A stretch of 64,000 nt of DNA, taken from the NCBI GenBank assembly GCA_963743525.1, contig CAVUQH010000005.1, positions 32,001 through 96,000 of the forward strand, given 5' to 3'. Position numbers and translations under genes: made by a program. This DNA is from an uncultured delta proteobacterium. GTDB taxonomy: Bacteria > Myxococcota_A > Polyangia > Haliangiales > Haliangiaceae. Below, piece after piece: positions 39,583 through 64,000 of the stretch (positions within the stretch are counted from its first letter, which is position 1; every line of letters starts with the position of its first letter). The notes under the pieces are model-generated. The model worked only from the letters and a program-made list of their open reading frames with translations. It was not told the DNA's origin and did not search any database.

Positions 39583-40470
39583 ATGGCCACGACCCCGCGC
39601 GTTCGCAAGGCGGTGATTCCGGCCGCCGGGCTGGGCACACGCTTTCTGCCCGCGACCAAGGCGATTCCCAAGGAGATGCTGCCCATCGTCGACGTGCCGA
39701 CGATCCAGCTCATCGTCGAGGAGGCGGTCGCCGCGGGCATCGAGGAGATCGTCATCATCAACGGCCGCGGCAAGGCGATGATCGAAGACCACTTCGACCA
39801 CGCCTTCGAGCTGGAGCAGACGCTGCGCGAGCGGGGCAAGGACGAGCTCCTGGCCCAGGTCGAGCGCATCTCCAGCATGGCGCGGGTGGTGTCGGTGCGG
39901 CAGAAGCGGCCGCTGGGATTGGGCCACGCGGTGCTGTGCGCCCGCGACGTCGTCGGCGACGAGCCGTTTGCCGTGATGCTGGGCGACGACCTGATCGCCA
40001 ACCGCGACGAGCCGGGCATCGGCCAGCTGATCTCGGTGTACGAGGAGACCGGTCGCGCGGCGATCGCGGTGGTCGAGGTTCCCGAGGGGCAGGAGCACCT
40101 GTACGGCATCGTCGCCGGCGACGACGATGGTGCCGGCCGGGTGCGCGTGCGGCAGATGGTCGAGAAGCCGGCGCCCGGCACGGCGCCGTCGCGCAGCGCG
40201 ATCGTCGGCCGCTACGTGTTGCCGCCGCGGGTGTTCGAGCTGATCGAGCAGACGCCAAAAGGGCACGGCGGCGAGATCCAGCTGACCGACGCCCTGCGCG
40301 GGCTGGCGGATAGCGAGCCGGGAGTGCTGGGAGTCCCGGTGCGCGGTACGCGCCACGATGCCGGTGATCGCCTGGGCTACCTGCGCGCCAATCTCTGCTA
40401 CGCCCTCGAGCGCGACGACCTGCGTCCGGATCTACTCGCGTTGATGGCCGAATTGGTGCGAAACGGCTGA
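39583..40470 (+). CDS. galU: UTP--glucose-1-phosphate uridylyltransferase
   Basis: KAVIPAAGLGTRFLPATKAIPKEMLPIVD, GLGHAV, VEKP, EIQLTDA. Confidence 0.96.
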   Translation: MATTPRVRKAVIPAAGLGTRFLPATKAIPKEMLPIVDVPTIQLIVEEAVAAGIEEIVIINGRGKAMIEDHFDHAFELEQTLRERGKDELLAQVERISSMARVVSVRQKRPLGLGHAVLCARDVVGDEPFAVMLGDDLIANRDEPGIGQLISVYEETGRAAIAVVEVPEGQEHLYGIVAGDDDGAGRVRVRQMVEKPAPGTAPSRSAIVGRYVLPPRVFELIEQTPKGHGGEIQLTDALRGLADSEPGVLGVPVRGTRHDAGDRLGYLRANLCYALERDDLRPDLLALMAELVRNG

Positions 40471-40519
40471 TTCCGCAGGCGGGGTGGACCGCACCCCGCT
40501 TTCGTGCCAGGGTCCGACG

Positions 40520-41524
40520 ATGCCTATCTCGGCTGTGCGTTTCTCGCCTTCGACGAGTCGGCTGCGCATCACTCGCCTGGCCGGCGCCACGCGCGTCGAC
40601 ACCCTGGCCGCCGACGTCGTCGCCGGTTTCGAGAAGTGCCCGCGGTCGCTGCCGCCGAAATATTTCTACGACGCCCGCGGCGCCCGCTTGTTCGACGCCA
40701 TCTGCGACACGCCCGAGTACTACCCGACCCGCACCGAGCAGGCGCTGCTCGACGCGACGGCCGGTGACATCGCCGCCCTGGCCCGTCCGACTCACCTGGT
40801 CGAGCTGGGCAGCGGCGCCGCGCGCAAGACCCGCACGCTGATCGACGCCGCTCGCCGCGGCGCTCGCCCACTGACCTACGTGCCGGTCAACATCAGCGAG
40901 CAGATGCTGGTCGCCAGCTCGCGCCGTCTGCTGGGCGACTATCCCGATCTGCGCGTACACGCCGTGGTCGCCGACTATGACCACCACCTGCACCTGTTGC
41001 CCCGCGAAGGGCGGAGGTTGATCGCGTTCCTCGGGTTGACCATCGGCAACTTCACCCAGCCGGCGGCGGTGCGGTTCCTGTCGGCGATTCGCCGCGGCAT
41101 GGCGGCCGATGACAGGTTGCTGATCGGCTTCGACCTGGTCAAGTCGCCGGCGGTGCTGCACGCGGCTTACAACGACGCCGCCGGACTGACCACAGAGTTC
41201 AACCGCAACGTCCTGTACGTGCTCAATCGGCGGCTCGGTGGCACCTTCGACCCGGACAGCTTCGACCACATCGGCGAGTGGCATCCGGAGCAGCGGCAGA
41301 TGGAGATGTACCTCGAGTCGCGGGTTGACCAGACGGTCACCCTGGAGGTCCTGGGTCGCAGCTACTCGTTCGCTGCCGGCGAGCGGATCCACACCGAGAT
41401 CAGCCGCAAGCACGACCGCTCGATGTGTGAGGAGATGATGGCCGGTGCCGGGCTGTCGACCGTCTCCTGGTTCCAGTCGCCGGACGACTACTTCGCGCTG
41501 ATGCTGGCAGCGCCGATCGCGTAG
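40520..41524 (+). CDS. egtD: L-histidine N-alpha-methyltransferase-like (EgtD / Methyltransf_33)
   Basis: LPPKYFYDARG..LFDAIC..PEYYPTRTE, VELGSG, TIGNF, AYNDAAG, IHTEISRK. Confidence 0.85.
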   Translation: MPISAVRFSPSTSRLRITRLAGATRVDTLAADVVAGFEKCPRSLPPKYFYDARGARLFDAICDTPEYYPTRTEQALLDATAGDIAALARPTHLVELGSGAARKTRTLIDAARRGARPLTYVPVNISEQMLVASSRRLLGDYPDLRVHAVVADYDHHLHLLPREGRRLIAFLGLTIGNFTQPAAVRFLSAIRRGMAADDRLLIGFDLVKSPAVLHAAYNDAAGLTTEFNRNVLYVLNRRLGGTFDPDSFDHIGEWHPEQRQMEMYLESRVDQTVTLEVLGRSYSFAAGERIHTEISRKHDRSMCEEMMAGAGLSTVSWFQSPDDYFALMLAAPIA

Positions 41525-41532
41525 ACGGAGCC

Positions 41533-43971
<2,439 letters not shown>

Positions 43972-43992
43972 TAGCGTGGTTTCGACGCGGGG

Positions 43993-46261
43993 ATGAGCTC
44001 CAGCCGTTCGCAGATACTGGTGGTGTCCAACCCGTCGGACCGGGTCGCGATCTGCGATCTGCTCGCGGAGGGTGGCTACGACGACGTCGGTTGGGGCGCC
44101 GGCGGCGACGACACGTTCGCCGCCTACGAGGACAGCGCGCCGCGCGTGGTCGTCCTGTGCGCCAACCTCGACGCCGGCGACGCCCGATCGTTGGCCACGG
44201 CGATGCGGGTCAACGCCGGCGATCGAACGGTGCAGATCATTCTCATCGGCGAGGAGACGGGGCCGATCCGCACGGCGCTGGACGCGGCCGACTTCGAGGT
44301 CGACCGGTTCCTCGGCCGGCCGCTGTCGGGCAAAGCGCTGCTGTTCGCGGTCCGCGCCGGGATCGAGGCGGGTGAGCAGCCGGCCGCGGCCCCGGACCCG
44401 GCTCCGGTTACCGAGGTCGGGCGCAAGTCGGCATCGGCGCGGGTCGAGCGGGCCCTGGACCTGGCCATCGACGACTTCGTCACCGAGGCGATCGGCGCCA
44501 TCGGGCCGCTGGTGCGCTCCCCCGGACCGGCTCCCGAGGCCGAGGTTGACAGCGCGTGGGAAGAGCCAGCGGACGCGCCGCCGCGCGAGCCGACCCTGAT
44601 TCTGTCGGGCGGTGGCGCCGCTCCAGCCCCGGATCCGCAGCTGCGGGACGACCTTGCGTCGCACGACGGCGTGCCCCACGCCATGCCGGTTGACCTTACC
44701 GAGCGCGAGGAAGACGAGCCGTGGGAGCGCGCGGCGTCGGTGACCCTATCGCCGCTGGCCGACGATTCTGTCGTCCGACGAGATCATCCTGCCGTCCCAC
44801 GACGACCTGGACGACCTGGACGATCTCGACGACCTGCACGGCGACCAGACCCCCACCGAGGCGCCTGTGGCGGAGCCCGAGCCACCGGCCGACGACCGCC
44901 CCAGCGGCGGCGTCTTCGCCCGCGAGCTGCGGCGCAAGATGTCGGCCATGGCCGAGCGTCTATTCCCCGGGCGTGGCACCGGCGACGGCCAGCTGGTCGA
45001 TGTCGGCGTTGCCCACGGACATCGCACCGAGATCGATCTCGCCAGCCTCGGTGACGAGACCACCGCCGGGGAGCCGGACCACGCGCCGTATGCCCAGCTG
45101 GCCGCCGCCGAGACCTATGCCGATCCGCGCGAGCCGACCGGTACCGGCACGAGCAGTGGCGACGAGACCACCACGCGGCGCCGCGCCGTTGCCTCGGCGG
45201 TCGAAGAGCAGGGCAGCATCGACAACCGCGACGGCGACGTGGCGCTACTCCTCGGCCGTTTGCTGCAGGCGGGCGTCACCGGGCGGCTGATCCTGCGCGC
45301 GCCGCCGGCCGAGAAGGTGCTCTACCTCGACAGCGGCCGCCCGGTCTTTGCCACCTCCAACCTGCCTCACGACCGGATGGGCGACCTGCTCTACCGCGAG
45401 GGCAAGATCACCCGCGAGCAGTACGCGCGCAGCCGCGAGATCCTGGTCGAGTCGGGCCGGCGCATGGGCGAGATTCTGGTCGAGATGGGCCACCTCAAGC
45501 GGCGCGAGCTGCTGCCGGCGGTCAAACGTCACATCGAGGATATCGTCTACACCCTGTTCGCGTTCACCGAGGGCGACTACAGCGTGCAGCCGGGCGAGAG
45601 CGCGACCGACGAGCGCATCCGTCTGTCCAAGCACCCTGCGGCGCTGTTGCTCGAGGGAGTACGGCGCAAGTACGACATGAGCCGGCTCGAGCACCGCGTC
45701 GGTTCGGCCAGTGCTGTCTGCCGCGCGCGCGACAGCGAACGGCTCAAACCGATCCTGGCGGTCGCCGACCTGTCGCGCGAAGAGCGCGAGGTGATCGGCT
45801 TGCTCGACGGCGACAGGACCCTCGAGGCGGTGAGTCGGGAAACCGGGGTTCCGCTGCTGACCGTGTTTCAGCTGGCCTTCGGTCTGGTCGCGCTCGGCGC
45901 CGCCGAGATACTCCACCGCGGCGGCGACGCCGGTGACGACACCGAGTTGTCGCGGACGCCATCGCTGGTGGGTGAGACCGACCTGGCCATCGATCGCCAG
46001 CGGGTGCTGGCCAAGCACGCGCTGGTCGCCGAGTCGGACTACTTCACGCTGCTCGGCGTTCGCCGCGACGCCTCGACCTTCGAGATCCAGCGCGCCTACG
46101 AGTCTGCGCGGCGCGACTACTCCGAGGACAGCTTCCCGTCGGAGGTTCGCCAGGAGCTCGAGCCGCAGATCGACGAGATCAACGAGCTGCTCGAAGAGGC
46201 GTTCCGCGTGCTGCAGGACGAGCGCCTGCGTCGCGCCTACCTGGCCAACCTGCGCGACTGA
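43993..46261 (+). CDS. Pseudo-receiver + acidic linker + DUF4388-like + J-like domain protein, apparent +1 frameshift at about 44775
   Basis: N-terminal REC-like fold; TGRLIL...KVLYLDSGRPVFATSN..DRMGDLL (DUF4388-like); DYFTLLGVRRDAS..EIQRAY (J-like); ORFs 43993..45054 and 44867..46261 join by removing one C from GTCCGAC. Confidence 0.75.
44801..44836 (+). repeat. 9-bp coding tandem repeat (DDL)x4
   Basis: gacgacctg gacgacctg gacgatctc gacgacctg. Confidence 0.7.
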
Positions 46262-46268
46262 GGTATCC

Positions 46269-47192
46269 GTGCGCGTCGTATTCATGGGCTCTCCCGACTT
46301 CGCCGTACCGGCGCTCGAGGCGCTGATCGCGCGCCACCAGGTCGCGCTGGTGCTGACCCAGCCGGACAAGCCGGCGGGGCGGGGCAAGAAGCTGGTGCCT
46401 CCGGCGGTCAAGGTCGCCGCCGAGGCGGCCGGGCTGCCGGTCGCCCAGCCGCGCAGCGCGCGCACGCCGGAGGTGGCCCGGATGCTTCGCGACACCGGCG
46501 CCGAGCTGGCGGTGGTGGTCGCCTACGGCAAGATCCTGCCGCGCGAGGTGCTCGAGGCGTTTCCCCGCGGCTGCATCAACATCCACGCGTCGCTGCTTCC
46601 GCGCTATCGCGGCGCTGCGCCGATACAATGGGCGGTGATCAACGGCGAGACCGAGACCGGCGTCTGCATCATGCAGCTCGACGAGGGGATGGACACCGGG
46701 CCGGTGCTGCTCGAGCGGCGCACGCCGATCGGCGAGGACGAGACCTCGGGCGAGCTGTTCGAACGCCTGGCGCCGATGGGCGCCGAGGCGCTGCTCGAGG
46801 CGCTCGACGGGCTGGCCGCCGGCACCCTCGAGCCGCAGCCGCAGGATCACGATGCCGCCACGCATGCGCCGATGCTGAAGAAAGAGGACGGCCGGGTCGA
46901 CTGGAGCTGGCCGGCGCGGCGGGTCGCCGACCGCGTGCGCGGCGTCGATCCGTGGCCCGGCGCGCAGACGACGTTCGAGGGCGCGCCGCTCAAGCTGTTT
47001 CGCGCGCGCGTAGCCGGCGGCAGCGGCCGGCCGGGCGAGGTGCTCGCGGTCGACGACCGCGGACTGGTGGTCGCCTGCGGCGACGGCGCGTGCGCGATCG
47101 CCGAGGTGCAGGCGCCGGGCAAGAAGCGGATGCCGGCGCGGGCGTTCGCCGCCGGACGGGCCGTCGGTCCGGGAACGGTGCTCGGCTCGTGA
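46269..47192 (+). CDS. fmt: Methionyl-tRNA formyltransferase
   Basis: GTG start; VFMGSPDFAVP, TQPDKPAGRG, NIHASLLPRYRGAAPIQ, GMDTG. Confidence 0.98.
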   Translation: MRVVFMGSPDFAVPALEALIARHQVALVLTQPDKPAGRGKKLVPPAVKVAAEAAGLPVAQPRSARTPEVARMLRDTGAELAVVVAYGKILPREVLEAFPRGCINIHASLLPRYRGAAPIQWAVINGETETGVCIMQLDEGMDTGPVLLERRTPIGEDETSGELFERLAPMGAEALLEALDGLAAGTLEPQPQDHDAATHAPMLKKEDGRVDWSWPARRVADRVRGVDPWPGAQTTFEGAPLKLFRARVAGGSGRPGEVLAVDDRGLVVACGDGACAIAEVQAPGKKRMPARAFAAGRAVGPGTVLGS

Positions 47193-48514
47193 GCCGCAAG
47201 GGACGCTGGTCGGCACGGGAGATCGCCCGCCGCGCCCTGCGCCGGGTCGAGTCGCAGGGCGTGTTCGCCAGTGCCGCCATCGACGCCGAGATCGAAGCCG
47301 CGCCCGACGTCGAACCGCGCGAGCGCGGGCTGGCCACCGAGCTGGTCTACGGCACGCTTCGCCATCGCGATCGCCTCGACCGCGCACTCGGCGCCCACGC
47401 GCCGCGCGGCATCGGCAAGCTGGCGCCGCAGATGCGCACCATCTTGCGCGTCGCCGCCTATCAGCTGCTGATGCTCGACCGCGTGCCCGACCACGCGGCG
47501 GTGGACGACGCGGTGCGCGCGGCGCGCAAGCTGGGCGGCAACCGGATGGCCGGCTTCGCCAACGCGGTACTGCGCAAGGTCGCCGACAGCGGCGAGCCAC
47601 CGCTGCCGCGGGCGAGCGACGATCCGATGGCCAGCGTCTGCGCCACCTACTCGTTGCCGCGGTGGATCGCCGAGCGGATCCGCGACCGGGTAGGCGAGGG
47701 CGAGCTGGTCGCCGCAGCGGCCGCGCTCAGCGCGGCGGCGCCGCTCTCGATCCGGGTAAACCCCCTGCGTTCCACTTTGGATCAGGTGATCCATCGTCTA
47801 TCAGTTGACTGTCCGGACGTCGAGGTGGAGCCCGCTCCAGCCTGTCCCAACGGACTGCTCGTGCGCGGCCTGGGCGCCCCCGAGCGCAGCCCGTCGTTCA
47901 TCGACGGCTGGTGGACGGTGCAGGATGCCGGCGCCCAGCGGGTGTCCCTGCTGGCGGCGCCGGCGGCGGGGATGCGCATCCTCGACGCCTGTGCCGGCGT
48001 CGGCGGCAAGAGCACGCACCTGGCCGAGCTGTCGGGCGACCAGGCCGACATCCTCGCGGTCGACCTCTCGGAGCGCAAGCTGCGCCGGGGCGCCGAGACC
48101 GCCGCCCGCCTGGGGCTGCAGTCGATTCACGGCCAGTGCGTGGACCTGCTCGATCCGACCGCCGATCAGCAGGTCGGCGGCGAGTTCGATCTGGTGGTCG
48201 TCGACGCACCGTGCAGCGGCCTCGGTGTGTTGCGCCGACACCCCGAGGCCAAGTGGCGCGTGCAGCCCGAAATGATCGCAGCCATGGCCGAGCTGCAGGG
48301 GCGAATGCTCGAGGCGCTGGTGTCGCGGGTGCGCCCGGGCGGCGCGCTGGTCTACGCCGTATGCACCTTCACCGAGGAAGAGGGGCCGGCGCAGATCGAG
48401 CGCCTGACCCGCCGCCACGGCGCGTTCCGGCTGGATGGACCGGTGCTGGCGACCTGGCCCCACCGCGACGACGCCGACGCCTTCTACGCCGCCAGGCTGG
48501 TCCGCGCCCCGTGA
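47189..48514 (+). CDS. rsmB: 16S rRNA m5C967 methyltransferase RsmB/Sun
   Basis: NusB-like N-terminus (ATELVYGTLR), VQD, DACAGVGGKS, DAPCSGLG..RRHPE, YAVCT. Confidence 0.95.
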   Translation: MSRKGRWSAREIARRALRRVESQGVFASAAIDAEIEAAPDVEPRERGLATELVYGTLRHRDRLDRALGAHAPRGIGKLAPQMRTILRVAAYQLLMLDRVPDHAAVDDAVRAARKLGGNRMAGFANAVLRKVADSGEPPLPRASDDPMASVCATYSLPRWIAERIRDRVGEGELVAAAAALSAAAPLSIRVNPLRSTLDQVIHRLSVDCPDVEVEPAPACPNGLLVRGLGAPERSPSFIDGWWTVQDAGAQRVSLLAAPAAGMRILDACAGVGGKSTHLAELSGDQADILAVDLSERKLRRGAETAARLGLQSIHGQCVDLLDPTADQQVGGEFDLVVVDAPCSGLGVLRRHPEAKWRVQPEMIAAMAELQGRMLEALVSRVRPGGALVYAVCTFTEEEGPAQIERLTRRHGAFRLDGPVLATWPHRDDADAFYAARLVRAP

Positions 48515-48526
48515 TATACGTCGGGC

Positions 48527-49201
48527 GTGGCAGCTGAGCTAAAGATCGCACCGTCCATCCTGTCGGCCGACTTCGGCCGTCTGGCCGAGGAAGTGCGCGC
48601 GGTGACCGAGGCCGGCGCCGACTACATCCACGTTGACGTCATGGACGGGCATTTCGTCCCCAACCTGACCATCGGGCCGATGATGGTCGAGGTCGTGCGC
48701 CAGGCGACGGATCGGGTCGTCGACGTGCATCTGATGATCACCAACGCCGACGACTACCTCGAGCGGTACGTCGCTGCCGGCGCCGACATCCTGGCGGTGC
48801 ACGCCGAGGCGTGCACGCACTTGCACCGCACGCTGCAGCGGATCAAGGGCCTCGGCGCCCGTACCTGCGTGGCGCTCAATCCGGCCACGCCGGCGGTCGT
48901 CCTCGACTACGTCCTCGAGCTGTGCGACATGGTGCTGGTGATGAGCGTCAACCCCGGGTTCGGCGGGCAGTCGTTCATCGAAGCGGTGTTGCCCAAGATT
49001 GAGGAGGTGCGCGGGACCGCGGTCCGCCGCGGACTGGACCTCGACATCGAGGTCGACGGCGGCATCAAGACCGACAACGTCGATCGCGTGGTCGCCGCCG
49101 GCGCCAACGTCATCGTCTCCGGCAGCGGCATCTTCAAGACGCCGGACTACGCCGAGACCATCGCGACCATGCGGTCGCGGGCGCTGTCGGTTCCAGCGTA
49201 G
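48527..49201 (+). CDS. rpe: Ribulose-phosphate 3-epimerase
   Basis: IAPSILSADF, HVDVMDGHFVPN, MSVNPGFGGQ, VDGG. Confidence 0.98.
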   Translation: MAAELKIAPSILSADFGRLAEEVRAVTEAGADYIHVDVMDGHFVPNLTIGPMMVEVVRQATDRVVDVHLMITNADDYLERYVAAGADILAVHAEACTHLHRTLQRIKGLGARTCVALNPATPAVVLDYVLELCDMVLVMSVNPGFGGQSFIEAVLPKIEEVRGTAVRRGLDLDIEVDGGIKTDNVDRVVAAGANVIVSGSGIFKTPDYAETIATMRSRALSVPA

Positions 49202-49205
49202 CCGC

Positions 49206-49802
<597 letters not shown>

Positions 49803-49825
49803 CGACGGACTTCCTTCACCCAACC

Positions 49826-49903
<78 letters not shown>

Positions 49904-49920
49904 GATATTTGAGGTCCTAC

Positions 49921-49949
49921 CACTTATCCCCACACGGCGGATCTGTCAA
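49921..49949 (-). promoter_or_regulatory. Possible sigma70 promoter for tRNA-Pro and the regulator
   Basis: Minus strand TTGACA-N17-TAAGTG; weak -10, and the -35 lies in a GTTGAC that could be an error-prone GTCGAC site. Confidence 0.35.
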
Positions 49950-49959
49950 CAGCGAAATA

Positions 49960-50538
49960 TTACCATCTGACCGCAGGGAGGCTCACTTTCACGCCGATCT
50001 CCACGAAGCTGCCGGCGTCGCGCACCGCTCCGACCCGCAAATAGGGCAGCACGCCGGCGTAGAGCCACAAAGAGCCCTGGACCCCGACGCGGGGAGGGAT
50101 CTGCTCATCGACCTCCAGCGTCGGTCCGGCGGCGACGCCCACCACCACCCCGAGCAGCCGCCCGGTGCCGACCATGCCCTCCAGCCAGAGCCGGCCGGCG
50201 CTGCGCATGCCGAACCGAGCGCCCCCCAGGTTGAGGGCCACGGCCGCCACGGCCCGGTGCTCGGTGACCCGGGCCACGGTCAGCTCGCCACCAAACACGC
50301 CGTCCCAACCCTCGGGATCATGGACGACCGCGGCGACGGGGCCGAGCGCCAGGTAGATCCCGTCGAGGTTCGCGGTCGAGCGGAGTGGCTGCGCGCTGGC
50401 CCCGGTCTGGCCCAGTACGATCGTTGCGCAGGTCGCCAGGAGCCCGATAATCCAGCGGGAAACCTGGGACTCGAGGCCCCGGAACCGCTCGAGCGATGCG
50501 GGCCGGGAAATGCCTAAGCGAGCGGAATCCCATGGCAT
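49960..50538 (-). CDS. Hypothetical exported protein, possibly a small beta-barrel
   Basis: Signal-like segment (WIIGLLATCATIVLGQTGASA|Q), alternating Gly/hydrophobic strands, terminal W; start uncertain. Confidence 0.55.
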   Translation of the reverse strand: MPWDSARLGISRPASLERFRGLESQVSRWIIGLLATCATIVLGQTGASAQPLRSTANLDGIYLALGPVAAVVHDPEGWDGVFGGELTVARVTEHRAVAAVALNLGGARFGMRSAGRLWLEGMVGTGRLLGVVVGVAAGPTLEVDEQIPPRVGVQGSLWLYAGVLPYLRVGAVRDAGSFVEIGVKVSLPAVRW

Positions 50539-50655
50539 GCCCTGAGGTATACTCGTGGGCACGCCGCTTGCGTCGTAGACCGGCCGGTGAAGTCTGTCTC
50601 GCTGGCGAGCACGCACGGAGAAGAGCTCGACCTTGTCGTCGGAGAAGGCCGCGAA

Positions 50656-52839
<2,184 letters not shown>

Positions 52840-52852
52840 GATCGCTCAGGCG

Positions 52853-55197
<2,345 letters not shown>

Positions 55198-55207
<10 letters not shown>

Positions 55208-56898
55208 CCCGCTGGCTGCTGGCCCTGTTGGTGGCGTCGGCGGCGTGGCCGGCGGCGGCCCGCGCGCAGGAGGACCAGGGGCAGGACCGCTTCTTCGCCG
55301 ACAAGGCGGAGGACGAGGACGCGCCCGAGGACGCGACCCTGTTCCAGGGCAGCCTGACGTCAACCAGCTTCTACTACCGCGAGACCGCACCGATCGCCGC
55401 GGCGCTGAGCGGCGGCACGATCGGCGTCGAGAACGCCAGCAAGCTCGATCGGCTGTTCACCGAGCTGCGCGCACGCCTCGACGCTCGCCACATCTCTGGC
55501 AGCGCGTACGATTTCCACGCCGACGCCCGGGCGCGGATCACGCCCGAGCAGAAGTTCGCCGACGACTATGACCCGGCGACGGACTGGGGCACCCAGGTCG
55601 GCGTCTACGGCCACAACGAGTACGACATCCGCGAGCTGTACCTGCGCCGCTACGGCGTGCGCACCGACCTGACGTTCGGCCGCCAGTACGTGCCCGAGCT
55701 GGCGACGGTCAAGATCGACGGCGTCCGCTTCACCTACAGCAAGACCGACGTGTGGAACGTGGTCGGCTTCGCCGGCTTCTATCCCAACCGGGCCTCGCGC
55801 TCGGTGGTCAACGACTATCCCAAGGCGGCGCCGGAGATGGCCGGCGGGCCGCCGGGCAAGCGGATCATGCCGGTGGCCGGCGGCCTGGGCGGCGCCTATC
55901 GGATGGAGAAGATGTACGGCAGCCTGGGCGCCGTCGCCATCATGCCGCTGGCCAAGGAGCAGCTGCCGGGCGGACCGCGCGACGAGCAGCCGCGGGTGTT
56001 CGTCACCGCGCAGGGCTACTGGCGGCGGTCGTCCAAGCTCGACATCTACCACTTCGTCGTCCTCGACCTGTACGGCTCCAACGCCACCGACCGCGGCGAG
56101 CTGCAGGGGACCATCGCCAAGATCCCGCTGACCAACTTCAGCGTGGGCGTGAACTACAAGCCCAACACCAACCTGCGGGTCAACCTGGCGGTCAACCGCG
56201 TCAACACCGAGACCCTCAACGTGGTCGCCCAGACCAAGCTGTCGGACCCCGGCGCCACCCCGCTGAACATCGTGCAGAACAACATCGAGGTTCAGCGCAT
56301 GTCGCAGCAGTCGGCGCGCCTGGGCGTGAGCTCGGCGTTCAAGCAACAGCGCTTCGAGCTGTCGGCCAGCGCGCTGGCCCGGGCGCGGCCGGAGATCAAC
56401 ATCACCACCGCCGACGGTGCGACGGATCTGACGATCCCCGCCGCCGAGGCGCTGGAGCTGACCCTGCAGGCCACCGACCGCCGGTCGTACAAGGGCCACC
56501 GGATCAGCGGCCAGTACACGGCCATCCTCGGCCGCGGCAACACCAACCTCTACCGCACCGACGCCAACGTGATCCGGCTCGACGCCTCGCGCGAGATCAA
56601 GGACGGCATGGGCGAGTACGACCTCAACCTCGGCTACATCGCCAGCACGGACGAGAACCGGGGCCAGGTGTGCAACGGCGCAGTGACGGACGCCTTCACC
56701 AACTGCTTCGGCACCAGCAAGATCAACACGATCTCGCTGAGCGGGCTGCTGTTCTATCGCCCGGCCGTCAACTGGTTCGTGGTCGTGAGCGCCAGCGCCG
56801 CCAGCCAGGGGATCACCATCCTCGACGCCGGCACCGCGGTCAAGCAGCCGCGCATCCTGATGCTCACCGGCTTCCTGCGCATCGCCCGCCGCTTCTAG
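55198..56898 (+). CDS. Putative outer-membrane beta-barrel (porin-like) protein
   Basis: ATG 55198 overlaps cytochrome stop; signal peptide ARA|Q; amphipathic strands (ELYLRRY, LTFGRQY, IDGVRFTY); C-terminal LRIARRF. Confidence 0.75.
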
Positions 56899-56973
56899 CG
56901 TCTGTCGCCGTCTTACGCGACAGGGGGCCTTCCCGGATGGCCGAGCGCGATTCGCCTGGCTATAGTCCGCGCG

Positions 56974-57652
56974 ATGAGTCTGGAGTGGCCACCGGATGAG
57001 CCCAAGTGGATCGACGTGCGGTCGATGCTGGAAAACGGCGGGGCGCGTTATGGCGGCGGGCGCGACTTCGTCGTCTGCGATCGGCCGCCGTCGCGGACGC
57101 TGGCGGTGGTCGGCCGTCCGCCCGAGTCGCTGGTGATGCGCGGGATCGGCGCGACGGCCGATCGGTTCGAGGTGCTTGGCCAGGAGGAGAACGTCAACTA
57201 CGTGCGCGAGCTGTTCCCCGACCGCACGCCCGAGGCGCTGGAGATGTACGCGCTGGTCGAAGAGCCGGCGCCGCCTCCGCGCCGCAGCCCCAAGGTTCGG
57301 CTGCTCGCCGGCACCGACCCGCTGGATCACCTGCCGGCCTCGCTCGAGCGGGAGATGATCTGGGCGCGGGCGCAGTTCCGGGTCTGGTCGGTCTTCGACG
57401 GTCGCCGCCCGGTCTCGTTCGCCTACGCCCACCGGTCAACCCGGACCTACGCCGATACCTCGATCGACACGGTGGCGGAGTACCGGCGCCGGGGCTACGC
57501 CCGGGCCGCCTGCCTGCACCTGTTCGCGGACGTCAGGGAGCGCGGCCTGTGGCCGACCTGGGGCGCCTACGCGTCCAACGACGCGTCCAGGGCGCTGGCG
57601 GCCAAGCTCGGCTTCCAGCCGGCCGGGCGCATCTACGGCTTCAAAGCGCCGG

Positions 57653-57663
<11 letters not shown>
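56974..57663 (+). CDS. GNAT family N-acetyltransferase
   Basis: [16 protein letters not shown] acetyl-CoA motif; [14 protein letters not shown]. Confidence 0.85.
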
Positions 57664-63371
<5,708 letters not shown>

Positions 63372-63382
63372 GGCGCCGGTTC

Positions 63383-64000
<618 letters not shown>

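Noticed and set aside
56902..56923. Hairpin CTGTCGC...GCGACAG after the barrel gene as a terminator
   Set aside because: No U-tract and a long loop; too weak to call

Overview
High-GC DNA, most likely from a myxobacterium (Myxococcota); this is inferred from the Hanks kinase/PEGA/FG-GAP genes, DUF4388 and a DigR-like regulator. Bases 1-35.6 kb hold the core transcription/translation cluster: rplKAJL-rpoBC, an inserted kinase/FG-GAP-lipoprotein/TPR-PEGA module, then str, S10, spc and alpha operons. rplC, adk and infA are absent from their usual positions. Bases 35.7-49.9 kb carry secreted lipoproteins (OB-fold, DUF4185, PI-PLC-like), galU, an egtD-like gene, priA, a pseudo-receiver/DUF4388/J-like gene, fmt-rsmB-rpe, a REC-XRE regulator and tRNA-Pro(CGG). 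The best candidate novel system is at 50.7-56.9 kb: three tightly linked genes for (i) a cNMP-like + 4x[4Fe-4S] + di-heme-b-type membrane protein, (ii) a secreted 30-heme cytochrome c built from ten triheme modules and (iii) an outer-membrane beta-barrel. Together they look like a compact cytoplasm-to-surface electron conduit. The window ends in a MoxR-DUF58-VWA operon. All five frameshifts found, plus several odd substitutions, sit on GTCGAC sites. This most likely reflects a methylated motif causing sequencing errors rather than true pseudogenes.
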